Source: a virus. Taken from it: DNA of 64,000 bases. The notes under the pieces were generated by a model. It was not told the DNA's origin and did no database searches. It saw nothing but the letters and a program-made list of their open reading frames with translations. The translations under genes were made by a program, and so were the position numbers. Positions 47,383 to 56,798 of this stretch are shown here, piece after piece (the first letter of the stretch is position 1; the number at the start of each line of letters is the position of its first letter). The stretch lies in the IMG/VR virus record IMGVR_UViG_3300008267_000006, positions 1-64,000 of that record; one strand, given 5' to 3'.

Positions 47383-50163
47383 TTAATCTTCAAAAGATGC
47401 ACCACTATTTGTGATAACAAAGTCTAGACCTATAAATTCTATTGCTCTAGTTGGCTTTAGTAGAATCTTAGCATAAACGATGTTACGATCAACAAGATCT
47501 GGTGTTGTAGTGGTTTTATCTAAAATTACTTTAAAATCATCTAATCCAAATCTTGATTTAACACTTGCAAGGAATGGATTAGCAAGATCTGTAAATCTTT
47601 TCCAAGTAATTTCAACATTTGGATCAAATAGAACAGTCGAAGCCATACGGCTGATTTCTTTCTTAACGTAGATCATTAGACGACGAACGTTAATTCTATC
47701 AAGAGCACTTGGTGTTGCTTGTAGAGTCTTTTGACCAAATACAACAATTCCTTCGCTTGGGAAAGTTGCAATTGGGTTTACGTTTGCTGCATAGAGTAGA
47801 TCTCTATCTTTTGATGTTAATCTAGTGGCGGTTTGAACAACTGGTAGACCAGCAGCACCGTCGCTTAATCCACCACGATTAAATCCAGCTGGAGCAAACC
47901 ATAATTCAGTCTTGGCTTGTGAGCTAGAGAAAGTACCTAAAGCAGCAATAGATGGTGGTAACCATACTAGAGCACCATTTGAAGCATCTCTTGCTTGAAC
48001 CCATGGGAAAAATGCACATCCGTAGCTTGTATTTAATGAACGAAGTTTTAGTTTATTTAATACATTGCTAATATTTGGTTTACGGACAGAGGCATCTTCT
48101 GTATTTGAAGCTTTTGCTTCTTCTGGTACATAATCACCAACTAGATCAACAATTGCTAGAGCATCTCCTCTTTGTTCACAAATATCTAACATAGTAGAAG
48201 TTAGTGATTCGTTTTCAATACTTGGAACAGCTAAAATATTCATTTCAAGTGATTCTGGATCTGATACTGATTGAAGCGCCACTTTAACACTGTTAAAAGC
48301 AACATTGTTAAATTCAGTTTTTCCATCTAATAAATTTTTGCTAAAAGGAGTTCTTACAGTAATATCAAGACCGTCAAAGCCACCTTCTAATGGAAGAGTA
48401 AACTTATTAAAGTTTGCTAATAGTATTGATCTACCATCAGATGAAGTTACGTTTGCAGCAGTTAAAGATTTACCAGCTGCTCTGTTTCCAGCGGCCCAAG
48501 TTGGAGTAACAGATTGAACAATTGATCCGCTTGAATATGAAGCAGAAACATCATCTAGAGAGAAGAAAACTGAAGCAGTGGTTGCAGTATTATATTTTGA
48601 TTCAACTCTTACTAAATCTAATATATCTTGATTAAATCTTTTTGTTTGAGAAACGTTTGTTTGTAGACCAAAATAGACTGATTGTAGATTTGAGCCATAA
48701 GAGTTTGCTGCTGAAGTTAGCATAGGTAATTGTGGATATGCAAAGCTAGCAGTATATACTTGATTACCAGTTATTGCAGTGCCGTTAACAAATGGTAAAG
48801 TTGCTGCTGGTATATTTCCGTTGGTTGCATTAACAGTTTGTGGAGCGTATCTGTTTGCAGTATAAAAACCAAATGGTAATAATGTTGCATCAGTAATACC
48901 TAAATCAACATCTTGATTCATTTTTACTCTGATGTATTTTGAATTATTTGGATTGTTTCCATATTCAATAAATTGCTTTTTTGTATAATCCCACTTTGAA
49001 TATTTGTCACCAATAATTTTTGCAATATAATTTGGTGAAGTTGGATCAAGAGTTAAGTTTGCAAAGACTTCAAGGTATTGTGGTGCTACATCCGAATCAT
49101 TCATTGCTCTAACTGCAACGGTAAAAGTTCCGTATCTAACGTTAACATTGTTTGATTCATTGATATCTTGAATAGAAATTTTAATATTTGAGTTAGTCCA
49201 AGAATTTTCTGTTAGTCCATAAAATTTAAATAATTTTTGTACTGGATATTCGCCATTTGTAGCAACGAAGGAGCCGGTATCTAAGTTGGTGTGTTGAGAA
49301 ACAACCCAGCCAGATTCTGCATCTTGGGCTTGTAGTTCAAAATTTGATAATGCACCCTGTGTTGAAGCTAGAGGAACAAGAACCGCAGCAAAATTAGTTC
49401 CATTTACGCTATTTTTATCTAGCCAAGTTTTAAATGTTGGTCCAAGGAAATATTTCTCTGTTCTATCAGAATAATTTGAATTTGATGTTAATACTGGGCT
49501 GGTATTTAAAACTGTGCGAATATATTTTTTGCTTCCATCGTCAAAATTAACAATTTTTGTTTTTCCATCTAATACAATTTTAAATTCTGGTGAAGTGCTA
49601 CCGGCAACGTTACGAACAAAAGCCCCAGTTGCAGCTGATCCTTCTGTGGATCCACTTAGTGGTTTTCCTATTAAACCAACAGTGCCGATTCCAGAATCAG
49701 TATATATAACAGCTGCAAGAGATGCGGTTGCACCACCGGCTGCTGTTGTATACACATCAGTTGAGCTTGCCGAGATTGGCATAACAAAAAGTCCGTATGC
49801 CTTATCTTTAGACCATCCTGGTGTTCCAGAAGAAGCATTTTCATTTAGATAACCAGCTAACTTTATAAAGGTTAGTGGACCAGAATTTTTTAAGTATGCT
49901 TGTGCAGCATAAGCACCATATGTTGGAGCGGTTGGCATACCACTTCTCCAAACATCTCCATTAACAATACCAGGTGATGGTTGTCCAAAGATTTGAACGA
50001 ATTCTTCATAATCTCGTACTTTTACAGCTCTCATGGATGGACCACGAACTGATGTACCAACAACAACTGGTCCAATTCCTTCTGGTTGTTTGCGTACTCC
50101 TGATTCGTCTACTTCATTGGTGAAAACACCGGGACTTACAAACTTAAATTTATCAACTGACAT
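47383..50163 (-). CDS. Tail sheath protein (gp18-like)
   Basis: FVSPGVFTNEVD, WFAPAGFNRG, VFGQKTLQ..SALDRINVRRL, KPTRAIEFI. Confidence 0.95.
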   Translation of the reverse strand: MSVDKFKFVSPGVFTNEVDESGVRKQPEGIGPVVVGTSVRGPSMRAVKVRDYEEFVQIFGQPSPGIVNGDVWRSGMPTAPTYGAYAAQAYLKNSGPLTFIKLAGYLNENASSGTPGWSKDKAYGLFVMPISASSTDVYTTAAGGATASLAAVIYTDSGIGTVGLIGKPLSGSTEGSAATGAFVRNVAGSTSPEFKIVLDGKTKIVNFDDGSKKYIRTVLNTSPVLTSNSNYSDRTEKYFLGPTFKTWLDKNSVNGTNFAAVLVPLASTQGALSNFELQAQDAESGWVVSQHTNLDTGSFVATNGEYPVQKLFKFYGLTENSWTNSNIKISIQDINESNNVNVRYGTFTVAVRAMNDSDVAPQYLEVFANLTLDPTSPNYIAKIIGDKYSKWDYTKKQFIEYGNNPNNSKYIRVKMNQDVDLGITDATLLPFGFYTANRYAPQTVNATNGNIPAATLPFVNGTAITGNQVYTASFAYPQLPMLTSAANSYGSNLQSVYFGLQTNVSQTKRFNQDILDLVRVESKYNTATTASVFFSLDDVSASYSSGSIVQSVTPTWAAGNRAAGKSLTAANVTSSDGRSILLANFNKFTLPLEGGFDGLDITVRTPFSKNLLDGKTEFNNVAFNSVKVALQSVSDPESLEMNILAVPSIENESLTSTMLDICEQRGDALAIVDLVGDYVPEEAKASNTEDASVRKPNISNVLNKLKLRSLNTSYGCAFFPWVQARDASNGALVWLPPSIAALGTFSSSQAKTELWFAPAGFNRGGLSDGAAGLPVVQTATRLTSKDRDLLYAANVNPIATFPSEGIVVFGQKTLQATPSALDRINVRRLMIYVKKEISRMASTVLFDPNVEITWKRFTDLANPFLASVKSRFGLDDFKVILDKTTTTPDLVDRNIVYAKILLKPTRAIEFIGLDFVITNSGASFED

Positions 50164-50205
50164 TATTATGTCTCCTTAATTTCATGGGAATTACTTTTAT
50201 TTATT

Positions 50206-50214
50206 ATAAATAGT
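50206..50214 (-). promoter_or_regulatory. Putative late promoter of tail operon
   Basis: ACTATTTAT upstream of sheath RBS. Confidence 0.6.
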
Positions 50215-50237
50215 AGACTAGTGCTACAAAGTTCTTT

Positions 50238-50744
50238 TTACTTTGAATTAAATACACTTTCTCTTGCTTTAATACATTTGGCTAAAATTTCAAATTTATG
50301 ATCTATTTGCCCAAATAATCTTTTTGATTCATTTAAGGATACTATTTCATAAAACGTATCACCATACAAAACATAATCACCCTCTCTTACATATAATTCT
50401 TGATCTTCGATTAATCTACGTCTATGAAATTTAACAACTATAGAGGTTAAACGATCTATTCCATATGCTTCTGCTGTTGTTTTGCTTCCTTCCCATTCAA
50501 TAAGAGCATTTATTTTTATTGGGGAAAGAAATGTTTTTTTAACTGCCTCTCCATATATTGGATGATAATTTGTATGTTCTCTGCTAATTGGATAATATAT
50601 AACAGTTTGTCCAATCACTCTTTCTATTAATTCATCATTTACTTGCTTAACAAGATTTCTCTCCTTTTCTCCAAGAAAAAGAGGAGGTGGAGGTGATTCT
50701 TGTGGAATCTCTGCTATATTTTCTGTTTTCTTTTTTCTTGCCAT
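50238..50744 (-). CDS. Neck/head-closure protein (gp14-like)
   Basis: IGQTVIYY, YGEA, EGDYV..YEI; position. Confidence 0.65.
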   Translation of the reverse strand: MARKKKTENIAEIPQESPPPPLFLGEKERNLVKQVNDELIERVIGQTVIYYPISREHTNYHPIYGEAVKKTFLSPIKINALIEWEGSKTTAEAYGIDRLTSIVVKFHRRRLIEDQELYVREGDYVLYGDTFYEIVSLNESKRLFGQIDHKFEILAKCIKARESVFNSK

Positions 50745-50748
50745 AATA

Positions 50749-52020
50749 TTATCCAACAAATATCAAGTTAGGAATAAAGCTTTGAGCTTTTGATGCTTCT
50801 TCCATCATTTTAGCACTTGTCTCGCTTACCTTAGAATAAGTCATCTCTTCTAGCTGAGTCTTTAATTCTTCTCTTAGATCTTTTTGTTCTTCCTTACCTT
50901 CAGAAATAAGTTTATCACCGTTAAGTGTAACTTGTTCTCCTGGAATAGGTATATTTGCAAATTTACTTCTTACTTGCCCAAGCATTTCTTTGCAAATTGC
51001 TAATGCAAATCTACGAATCCATTGTTTACCTATTGAATTAATTTTATCATATGGTAAATTTTGGAATGGCATAGTATTCATATTATTTATTCCATTTATA
51101 GTTGATTTAACTGTTGGATCTGAATTTTTCCAAGCATCAGATGGAATAGAGTATTCAAAAAAGAATTTAGTTGGAGTAGCTGCATTTGGAACAGGAAATA
51201 TTCTTAAAATATTATTTCTTAATTGAAACGACCAATCAGAAACTCTTGTTTTAATAGCATCTTCGTATGCCATTGCTTGTAGTTTATTTTGCCATGTCGG
51301 AACAATTTCAAATGTACTATCATCAGCATATTGTCCATATGTACTTAAATTTCCAACAACATTTAGACCACCAAAATAACCATAAAAATTCCAGCTTGCA
51401 CCAATTGTTTTATAAAATACTTTTTTAATTAATACTTTTTTATTATCAAGAGCAATATTATTAGCAGCGGCTGAAGAACTGACAGCTTTTTGTAAATCAT
51501 AATCTTGTTGTCCAACAACAGTATCTATAGATGCTGAATATGTTGGCTCGTTACCATTTAAAGATACCTCGTCATTAACTGAATTTGCTATGCCTTTTAT
51601 ATATGTAAAACTCATTTTAGGAAATGCAAGATTTGCATTTATATTATCTAATGATCCAGTTATTTGTCCGTCACTGTTAAAAGAACTTGTTGATTGACCA
51701 AGAACAAATGGTAGTGCATTTTTTGATTGATGTAGGTTTATTAAATAGGAATATTCAAGACATGCTTCTTCGTATGCTGCGTGTACTTGATTTTCAACTA
51801 ATTCAATATCTAGTACATCTCCACCAAGTTTTTTATATACATACGAAACTTGCTCTACTGAGCCTGTTTTATATTCATTGATTTGTTCATTTGTCCAATA
51901 ACTTTCATTAACATATACACCAAAAGGTAAATTAAAATTATTTACATTTATTATGTTCCCTGTTATTGGTAAAATAACTTTGCTCATTTGTGATAATGGT
52001 GAAAGTACTGGTAGGGACAT
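50749..52020 (-). CDS. Neck/adaptor protein (gp13-like)
   Basis: KLGGDVLDIEL, WIRRFALAICKEMLGQVRSKF..IPG..LNG. Confidence 0.8.
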   Translation of the reverse strand: MSLPVLSPLSQMSKVILPITGNIINVNNFNLPFGVYVNESYWTNEQINEYKTGSVEQVSYVYKKLGGDVLDIELVENQVHAAYEEACLEYSYLINLHQSKNALPFVLGQSTSSFNSDGQITGSLDNINANLAFPKMSFTYIKGIANSVNDEVSLNGNEPTYSASIDTVVGQQDYDLQKAVSSSAAANNIALDNKKVLIKKVFYKTIGASWNFYGYFGGLNVVGNLSTYGQYADDSTFEIVPTWQNKLQAMAYEDAIKTRVSDWSFQLRNNILRIFPVPNAATPTKFFFEYSIPSDAWKNSDPTVKSTINGINNMNTMPFQNLPYDKINSIGKQWIRRFALAICKEMLGQVRSKFANIPIPGEQVTLNGDKLISEGKEEQKDLREELKTQLEEMTYSKVSETSAKMMEEASKAQSFIPNLIFVG

Positions 52021-52047
52021 TATTTTTCCTCAAATAAAATATCATAA

Positions 52048-52114
52048 ATAAATAGTTTTTATAATCTTTTAAAGCAATAAAACATTCCTTAACTTTATAA
52101 AGCTTCTATTTATA
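52048..52114. promoter_or_regulatory. Divergent pair of putative late promoters
   Basis: ACTATTTAT on minus (52048-52056) and CTATTTATA on plus (52106-52114). Confidence 0.6.
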
Positions 52115-52119
52115 GTACC

Positions 52120-52677
52120 ATGAAAATAAAAATAAATGAAAAAAAGAAATCAGCAGGTAGAGAAAAATTCTGCAAAAGTAAAGCAACAAGAGAATATGGT
52201 AAAAAAACAAGCCTATATCGCTCAATGGCGCTTTCAAAATGTAGAAAAGGCAAGATCTGGAAAGAAGCCATAGAAGCTGGTGTTCAAAGTTCAATTCTAG
52301 AAGAACAATTATTATTTGAACTAGAATCTATTAAAGATTTAGGCGACGACACAGCAACTCTTGATGATGGCACACATGTTTGCGAGGCGTGTCTATATGA
52401 GACTTTAACTACTCTTGATGAGAATGTATTAGAGGAAGCTGAATATCATGGTCGCAAGGTTACACTAAATAAACCAATGCGTGGCGATGTTAAAAAGTTC
52501 AAAGTGTTCGTCAAGGATCCCAAAACAGGTAATGTTAAAAAAGTTAATTTTGGTGATCCTAATATGCGTATAAAGAAAAGCAATCCAAAACGTCGTAAAT
52601 CATTTCGTGCTCGTCATCATTGTGAAAACCCTGGTCCTAAAACAAAAAGTAGGTACTGGAGCTGTCGCAAGTGGTAG
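52120..52677 (+). CDS. Only plus-strand gene; acidic middle, basic C-terminal domain; probable virion-internal protein
   Basis: KKVNFGD..RRKSFRARH.C..YWSCRKW; LEE motifs; own promoter motif and terminator. Confidence 0.75.
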   Translation: MKIKINEKKKSAGREKFCKSKATREYGKKTSLYRSMALSKCRKGKIWKEAIEAGVQSSILEEQLLFELESIKDLGDDTATLDDGTHVCEACLYETLTTLDENVLEEAEYHGRKVTLNKPMRGDVKKFKVFVKDPKTGNVKKVNFGDPNMRIKKSNPKRRKSFRARHHCENPGPKTKSRYWSCRKW

Positions 52678-52718
52678 TAGTATTATAATTTAAACACACT
52701 ACATATAGTAGATAAAAG

Positions 52719-52760
52719 AAACCCGCCTGACTCGATAAAGAGGGGCGGGTTTATTATTTG
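52719..52760 (+). terminator. Terminator of plus-strand gene
   Basis: AAACCCGCC/GGCGGGTTT then ATTATTT. Confidence 0.65.
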
Positions 52761-52807
52761 TAAAGGGTGTTATGACACATTTTCTTCTTGGCAGTTCTTA
52801 TTTAGAA

Positions 52808-52841
52808 CAAAAAAGAACCCCCGGCATTTCTGCCGGGGGCC
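52808..52841 (-). terminator. Terminator after major capsid gene
   Basis: CCCCCGGCA-GAAA-TGCCGGGGG-TTCTTTTTT. Confidence 0.85.
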
Positions 52842-52872
52842 TTTATTAGCAAACCGCTTGTTTTAAGCTAGT

Positions 52873-54648
52873 TTAGCCTAGTAGATCTTGAATTACTACA
52901 AGACCATACATATCTGGGCGAACCATCGTCTTACCATAACGAGTCATTACAGCCTTACGTGGAACGAAGGTGTTAGGATCGAAAATGGTTGGGGTGCTTT
53001 GTAGTGGTACGTATGGGGCATATACGTAACCGCTTTCTAGGAAGCTACCACCTTTACGACCTACTAGGATTACGTTACGTAGGAAGTATGGGTGAACAAT
53101 GATATCCCATTTCTTGTTTAGATCACCAACACGAACAGCACCTACTGAACCTTTTTCATCGGTTGCAGTTACTGATGCGCGGAAACCGCTGGTGAATTCA
53201 AGAATGTTAGCAACTTCTGGACCACATACAAGGAAGTTAGCTCCACCGCGTAGAGTTTTACGATGGATTAGAGCTGAACAATCATTGATGGTTTCAACTA
53301 GGGTTTCATACCACATTTGAACGTTACCAGTGAAATCTGGAGGAGCAGCATAACCACCTGATAGGGTTGAACCTAGATCAGCGCCAGTATCGCGGTTAAC
53401 AAATTTACCTGGACGACGTGACCAGTATTTGACACCGGCAGTTGCGCCCTTGACTAGATCGTTCATGATTTCTTGATCAATTTCTAGACCAATTTGTTCT
53501 GATAACATTGAAGTTAGTTCTACTTCAGCATCTAGATTGTGATAAGCATTTAGATCTTGACCTAGTTCTGGAGTCCATGAAGCTTTTAGCTTACGTGAAC
53601 GAGCAGTGATTGAGTATGAATCGACTTTTAGTTCGATTTCTGGAATTGCTGAAGAACCTTCCATTGTCCATGGGGTTGCACCAACAACAGCACCTAATGC
53701 GCTATCACCAACAGCAACAACATTGTCCTTGACTGGGTATGATAGTAATACGTGTGAAGCGGTTACAACTGCGGCTAGAGCAGCATCACCCTTAGCAGCA
53801 ACTACAACTTCTAGTGATTTCGCACCAGTTGAAGGATCAACAAATACTCTTGATAGACGACGAACTAGTTTAGCACTATTTGCTAGTGAAGAACCAGCAG
53901 CATCTTGTTCACCAGCGGCTACCGCACCAGCATTTTGTGCAAATGATACTGAGAATACGTCATTTTCAGCTAGTAGTTGGCTGTTTGCAATATTAGCAAA
54001 TGGTACGCGTAGTACTGAAGCTGAAACGTAGTTTGAATCAGTTAGTAGATCTGCATCCCAACGTACTGCTTTTTTATCAGCATCAGAAGCGGTTGCTAGA
54101 CCAAACTTGGCTACTTCAACAACGTTTGAAGCAGTGGTTGAAGAGTGATAGCGAGCGGTGTGATAACCGTTTGCCATGTTGTAGAAACCTTTTTCAGCAT
54201 TATCTACACCTTCGATACGAACACCGCCGGTGATTTGTACACCTAGACGATCACCGAAGAATGATTCACCTTTGTTGAATACCTTGTCACCAGTGTTACC
54301 GATATCGCTTCCACGGCGGAAATCCATGAAGAATACTAGACCTGATGGTAGGCTCATTGGTTGTACTGATACTAGATCGTTAGCGATTAGACCAGCGAAT
54401 ACACGACGAACGATTGGGAACGCTACTGAGGCAAAGCCTTGTACGTCACCATTTGACATAGTGTTGGTTTCTTTTAGTAGTTCTTTTGCTTGATTCTCTA
54501 GTAGAATGGACATGGTGCTTTTTTGACGAGCATCCTTTAGACCTTCTAGTAGACCGCTCTTTTCCCATTTAGAAACTAGAGCAGCAGTTTCTTTGAGAGT
54601 ATTACGTTCAACGATACCCTCGGTTAATTTTTCTAATACGTTACCCAT
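52873..54648 (-). CDS. Major capsid protein (T4 gp23-like)
   Basis: KWE..GLL, LLENQ, VRRVF, VQPMSLPSGLVF, SRKLKA.WT.EL.QDL, YAPYVPL, MTRYG. Confidence 0.96.
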   Translation of the reverse strand: MGNVLEKLTEGIVERNTLKETAALVSKWEKSGLLEGLKDARQKSTMSILLENQAKELLKETNTMSNGDVQGFASVAFPIVRRVFAGLIANDLVSVQPMSLPSGLVFFMDFRRGSDIGNTGDKVFNKGESFFGDRLGVQITGGVRIEGVDNAEKGFYNMANGYHTARYHSSTTASNVVEVAKFGLATASDADKKAVRWDADLLTDSNYVSASVLRVPFANIANSQLLAENDVFSVSFAQNAGAVAAGEQDAAGSSLANSAKLVRRLSRVFVDPSTGAKSLEVVVAAKGDAALAAVVTASHVLLSYPVKDNVVAVGDSALGAVVGATPWTMEGSSAIPEIELKVDSYSITARSRKLKASWTPELGQDLNAYHNLDAEVELTSMLSEQIGLEIDQEIMNDLVKGATAGVKYWSRRPGKFVNRDTGADLGSTLSGGYAAPPDFTGNVQMWYETLVETINDCSALIHRKTLRGGANFLVCGPEVANILEFTSGFRASVTATDEKGSVGAVRVGDLNKKWDIIVHPYFLRNVILVGRKGGSFLESGYVYAPYVPLQSTPTIFDPNTFVPRKAVMTRYGKTMVRPDMYGLVVIQDLLG

Positions 54649-54671
54649 TTTATTCTCCTGTAGAATATTTG

Positions 54672-55913
54672 TTATTTTATACCTGCTAAAATTTTCATAC
54701 GTTCTGATTCATATGCATCTACCGATACATTTTTTGGTCTAGAGATAAAGCCAGAACTACCACGATTTAATGCTTCGCTTAGTGATTCTTTTGGTTTCTT
54801 ATTAGAAATACCTTGCACTGCGCTTTGAAGAGTACCGTAAATTGTTTTTGCTTCTAGAACCGTTTTTGCATTGGAAATGTTTTCAACAATATTTTCTTTT
54901 TGTCGCTCATTCAGGGAGTTATTTCCAAATACTTTATTAATATATAGTAATTTAGCGTTTGAAAGACTTAATTTTTCTGTATGTTCTTTAAGAGTTATTA
55001 AATTATCTTTTAATTCTTCTACGAGAACAGACATTCTTTTATTATCTTTTATTGATTCTTCTAGTTTACATTCTAGATCTTTTACTTTTTCTTCTTCCTC
55101 TTTACGTCTTTTTTCTTCTTCTTCATCTCTAGCAGCAGCAAATTCAACATTTCTATCAATTTCTTTTTCTGCGCTAGTTTGACCTTTCCAGCCTCTTAAT
55201 TGGTGTTTTGGATTTAGGTCAACTTTTAGTTCTTCTTCTAGTTCGTTAATTTCTTCTTCAGATAATTCGAACTCTTCCTCTAAGCTAGCTGCATCATCTT
55301 TTAATTCAGATACAGCATCTGGAGAGACAGTTTCTTCTACTGGGTCTGTTGTTTCGTCTAGTTCAAATTCCATTTCTTCATCAAGCTCTTCTTGCTCTTC
55401 AGTTTCTTCTTGGGAGCAATCACTTTCTTCCATTTCCTCTTTTTCTTCAAAAAGTTCTTCATCAAGCTCTAGTTCTTCTGCGATTGGAGCAGCTGGAGCT
55501 AATTCTGGAGCGGCTTGTTGTTGTTCTGGGGATGAAAGGATAGGAGAACCACCAATTTCACTAGAAAGTTGCTTTTTTAATTTATCAAAGTCTATAGTTA
55601 TTAATTCATCATCGTCACCATCAAGAAATGATGATGGTACATCTTCAAATGCCTCATCTTCTTCTGGCTGTTGTGTTTGAGCAGCTGCATCAGGTACTGG
55701 TGGTGCAGCTTGTGCATCTGGAACAGCAGCAGCGGCATCTTCTGGAGTTGTTTCTGGTGTATCTGATGATTGTGGTTCATCTTGCTCTAATAATTTTAGA
55801 GTTTGAGTAAACTCATCCTTATATTTCTCTATTAAGGCTGCTTCTGCGCTTTTTAGTGCTGTTTCTCTGAGTGCAGTTGCATCTGCAATGGCTTCTTCTA
55901 GCAAATTTGACAT
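54672..55913 (-). CDS. Prohead scaffold/core protein (gp22-like)
   Basis: Acidic, coiled coil, LSNAKLLY, terminal ERMKILAGIK; directly upstream of MCP; ACTATTTAT at 55954-55962. Confidence 0.75.
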   Translation of the reverse strand: MSNLLEEAIADATALRETALKSAEAALIEKYKDEFTQTLKLLEQDEPQSSDTPETTPEDAAAAVPDAQAAPPVPDAAAQTQQPEEDEAFEDVPSSFLDGDDDELITIDFDKLKKQLSSEIGGSPILSSPEQQQAAPELAPAAPIAEELELDEELFEEKEEMEESDCSQEETEEQEELDEEMEFELDETTDPVEETVSPDAVSELKDDAASLEEEFELSEEEINELEEELKVDLNPKHQLRGWKGQTSAEKEIDRNVEFAAARDEEEEKRRKEEEEKVKDLECKLEESIKDNKRMSVLVEELKDNLITLKEHTEKLSLSNAKLLYINKVFGNNSLNERQKENIVENISNAKTVLEAKTIYGTLQSAVQGISNKKPKESLSEALNRGSSGFISRPKNVSVDAYESERMKILAGIK

Positions 55914-55993
55914 TAATTAGTCTCCTATCAACGACTAAAAACAGTTTTTTTATATAAATAGTGCTTTAATACATCAATTGACTATTATAATAG

Positions 55994-56296
55994 CTATTGA
56001 CGATTATTTATATTTTTATTTATTGTTTTTTTCTTCTTTTTTGATTTTTCTTCTACTTCTGACATTAAATCTTTGTTATGTTTTTGAGCGTTTCTCTTAT
56101 ATCTCTCTCTTTTTTCACGCTCTTTGACACTTTTCTTCACAAATCTTCTATTCCAAGCACAATTATCATATAAATATTGAACTAAAGACTCTTTGCTACA
56201 AGCTTTAATAAATTTCTTAATTAACTGATCTGTGCTTTCTTCAGTTGGTCTTACATGATCTGGAAGTTTTACTTCTAAATGTACTGCTCTACCCAT
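55994..56296 (-). CDS. rpsU: Ribosomal protein bS21-like protein
   Basis: ESTDQLIKKFIKAC.KE...RRFVKKSVKEREKR resembles the bS21 pattern. Confidence 0.6.
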   Translation of the reverse strand: MGRAVHLEVKLPDHVRPTEESTDQLIKKFIKACSKESLVQYLYDNCAWNRRFVKKSVKEREKRERYKRNAQKHNKDLMSEVEEKSKKKKKTINKNINNRQ

Positions 56297-56302
56297 ATTG
56301 TC

Positions 56303-56752
56303 CTATTCTTTCTTGCTATTTCCCATAGCACTGTTTAATAAATTCCAAGATTGTTTATTTACATTCATTAATCTGGATATATCCACACCAGATCCTTGAA
56401 TTCCTTCATAAATTTTATTTTTATCTGTTTCTTCGTGCATTTCTGCTGATTCTTGTTCTTCGGCAGTTAAATCAACACCAGAAAACGGATCAAATCCAGG
56501 CATACGAATTTCTTCTAAAAGTTTATTTTTTCTTTCTTGAATAGAAATTTGCGGAGTTGGCGTGTTTTTTTGAATAAATTGACGCTCTTTTAATTCATAA
56601 TTTTGTTTTGCTGGAGATGTATCTCTAATTGGCGCGGTATTTTGTACGTTTTCCTGTACGATCCTCATCAAACCTTCTTCATATAGAATTTCTTTTATAC
56701 ATTCTTTAATGATTGGTTTCATAACTTTTTTTAATTCTTGTACTTTTGACAT
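56303..56752 (-). CDS. Hypothetical late protein
   Basis: ELKKVMKPIIKECIKEIL leader; ACTATTTAA at 56770-56778. Confidence 0.6.
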   Translation of the reverse strand: MSKVQELKKVMKPIIKECIKEILYEEGLMRIVQENVQNTAPIRDTSPAKQNYELKERQFIQKNTPTPQISIQERKNKLLEEIRMPGFDPFSGVDLTAEEQESAEMHEETDKNKIYEGIQGSGVDISRLMNVNKQSWNLLNSAMGNSKKE

Positions 56753-56798
56753 CTTAACCTCGTTTTGTTTTAAATAGTTTTATATTATACAATATCCT

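Noticed and set aside
52678-52872. tRNA or ncRNA in the largest intergenic gap
   Set aside because: Explained by two convergent terminators; no cloverleaf or T-loop motif seen
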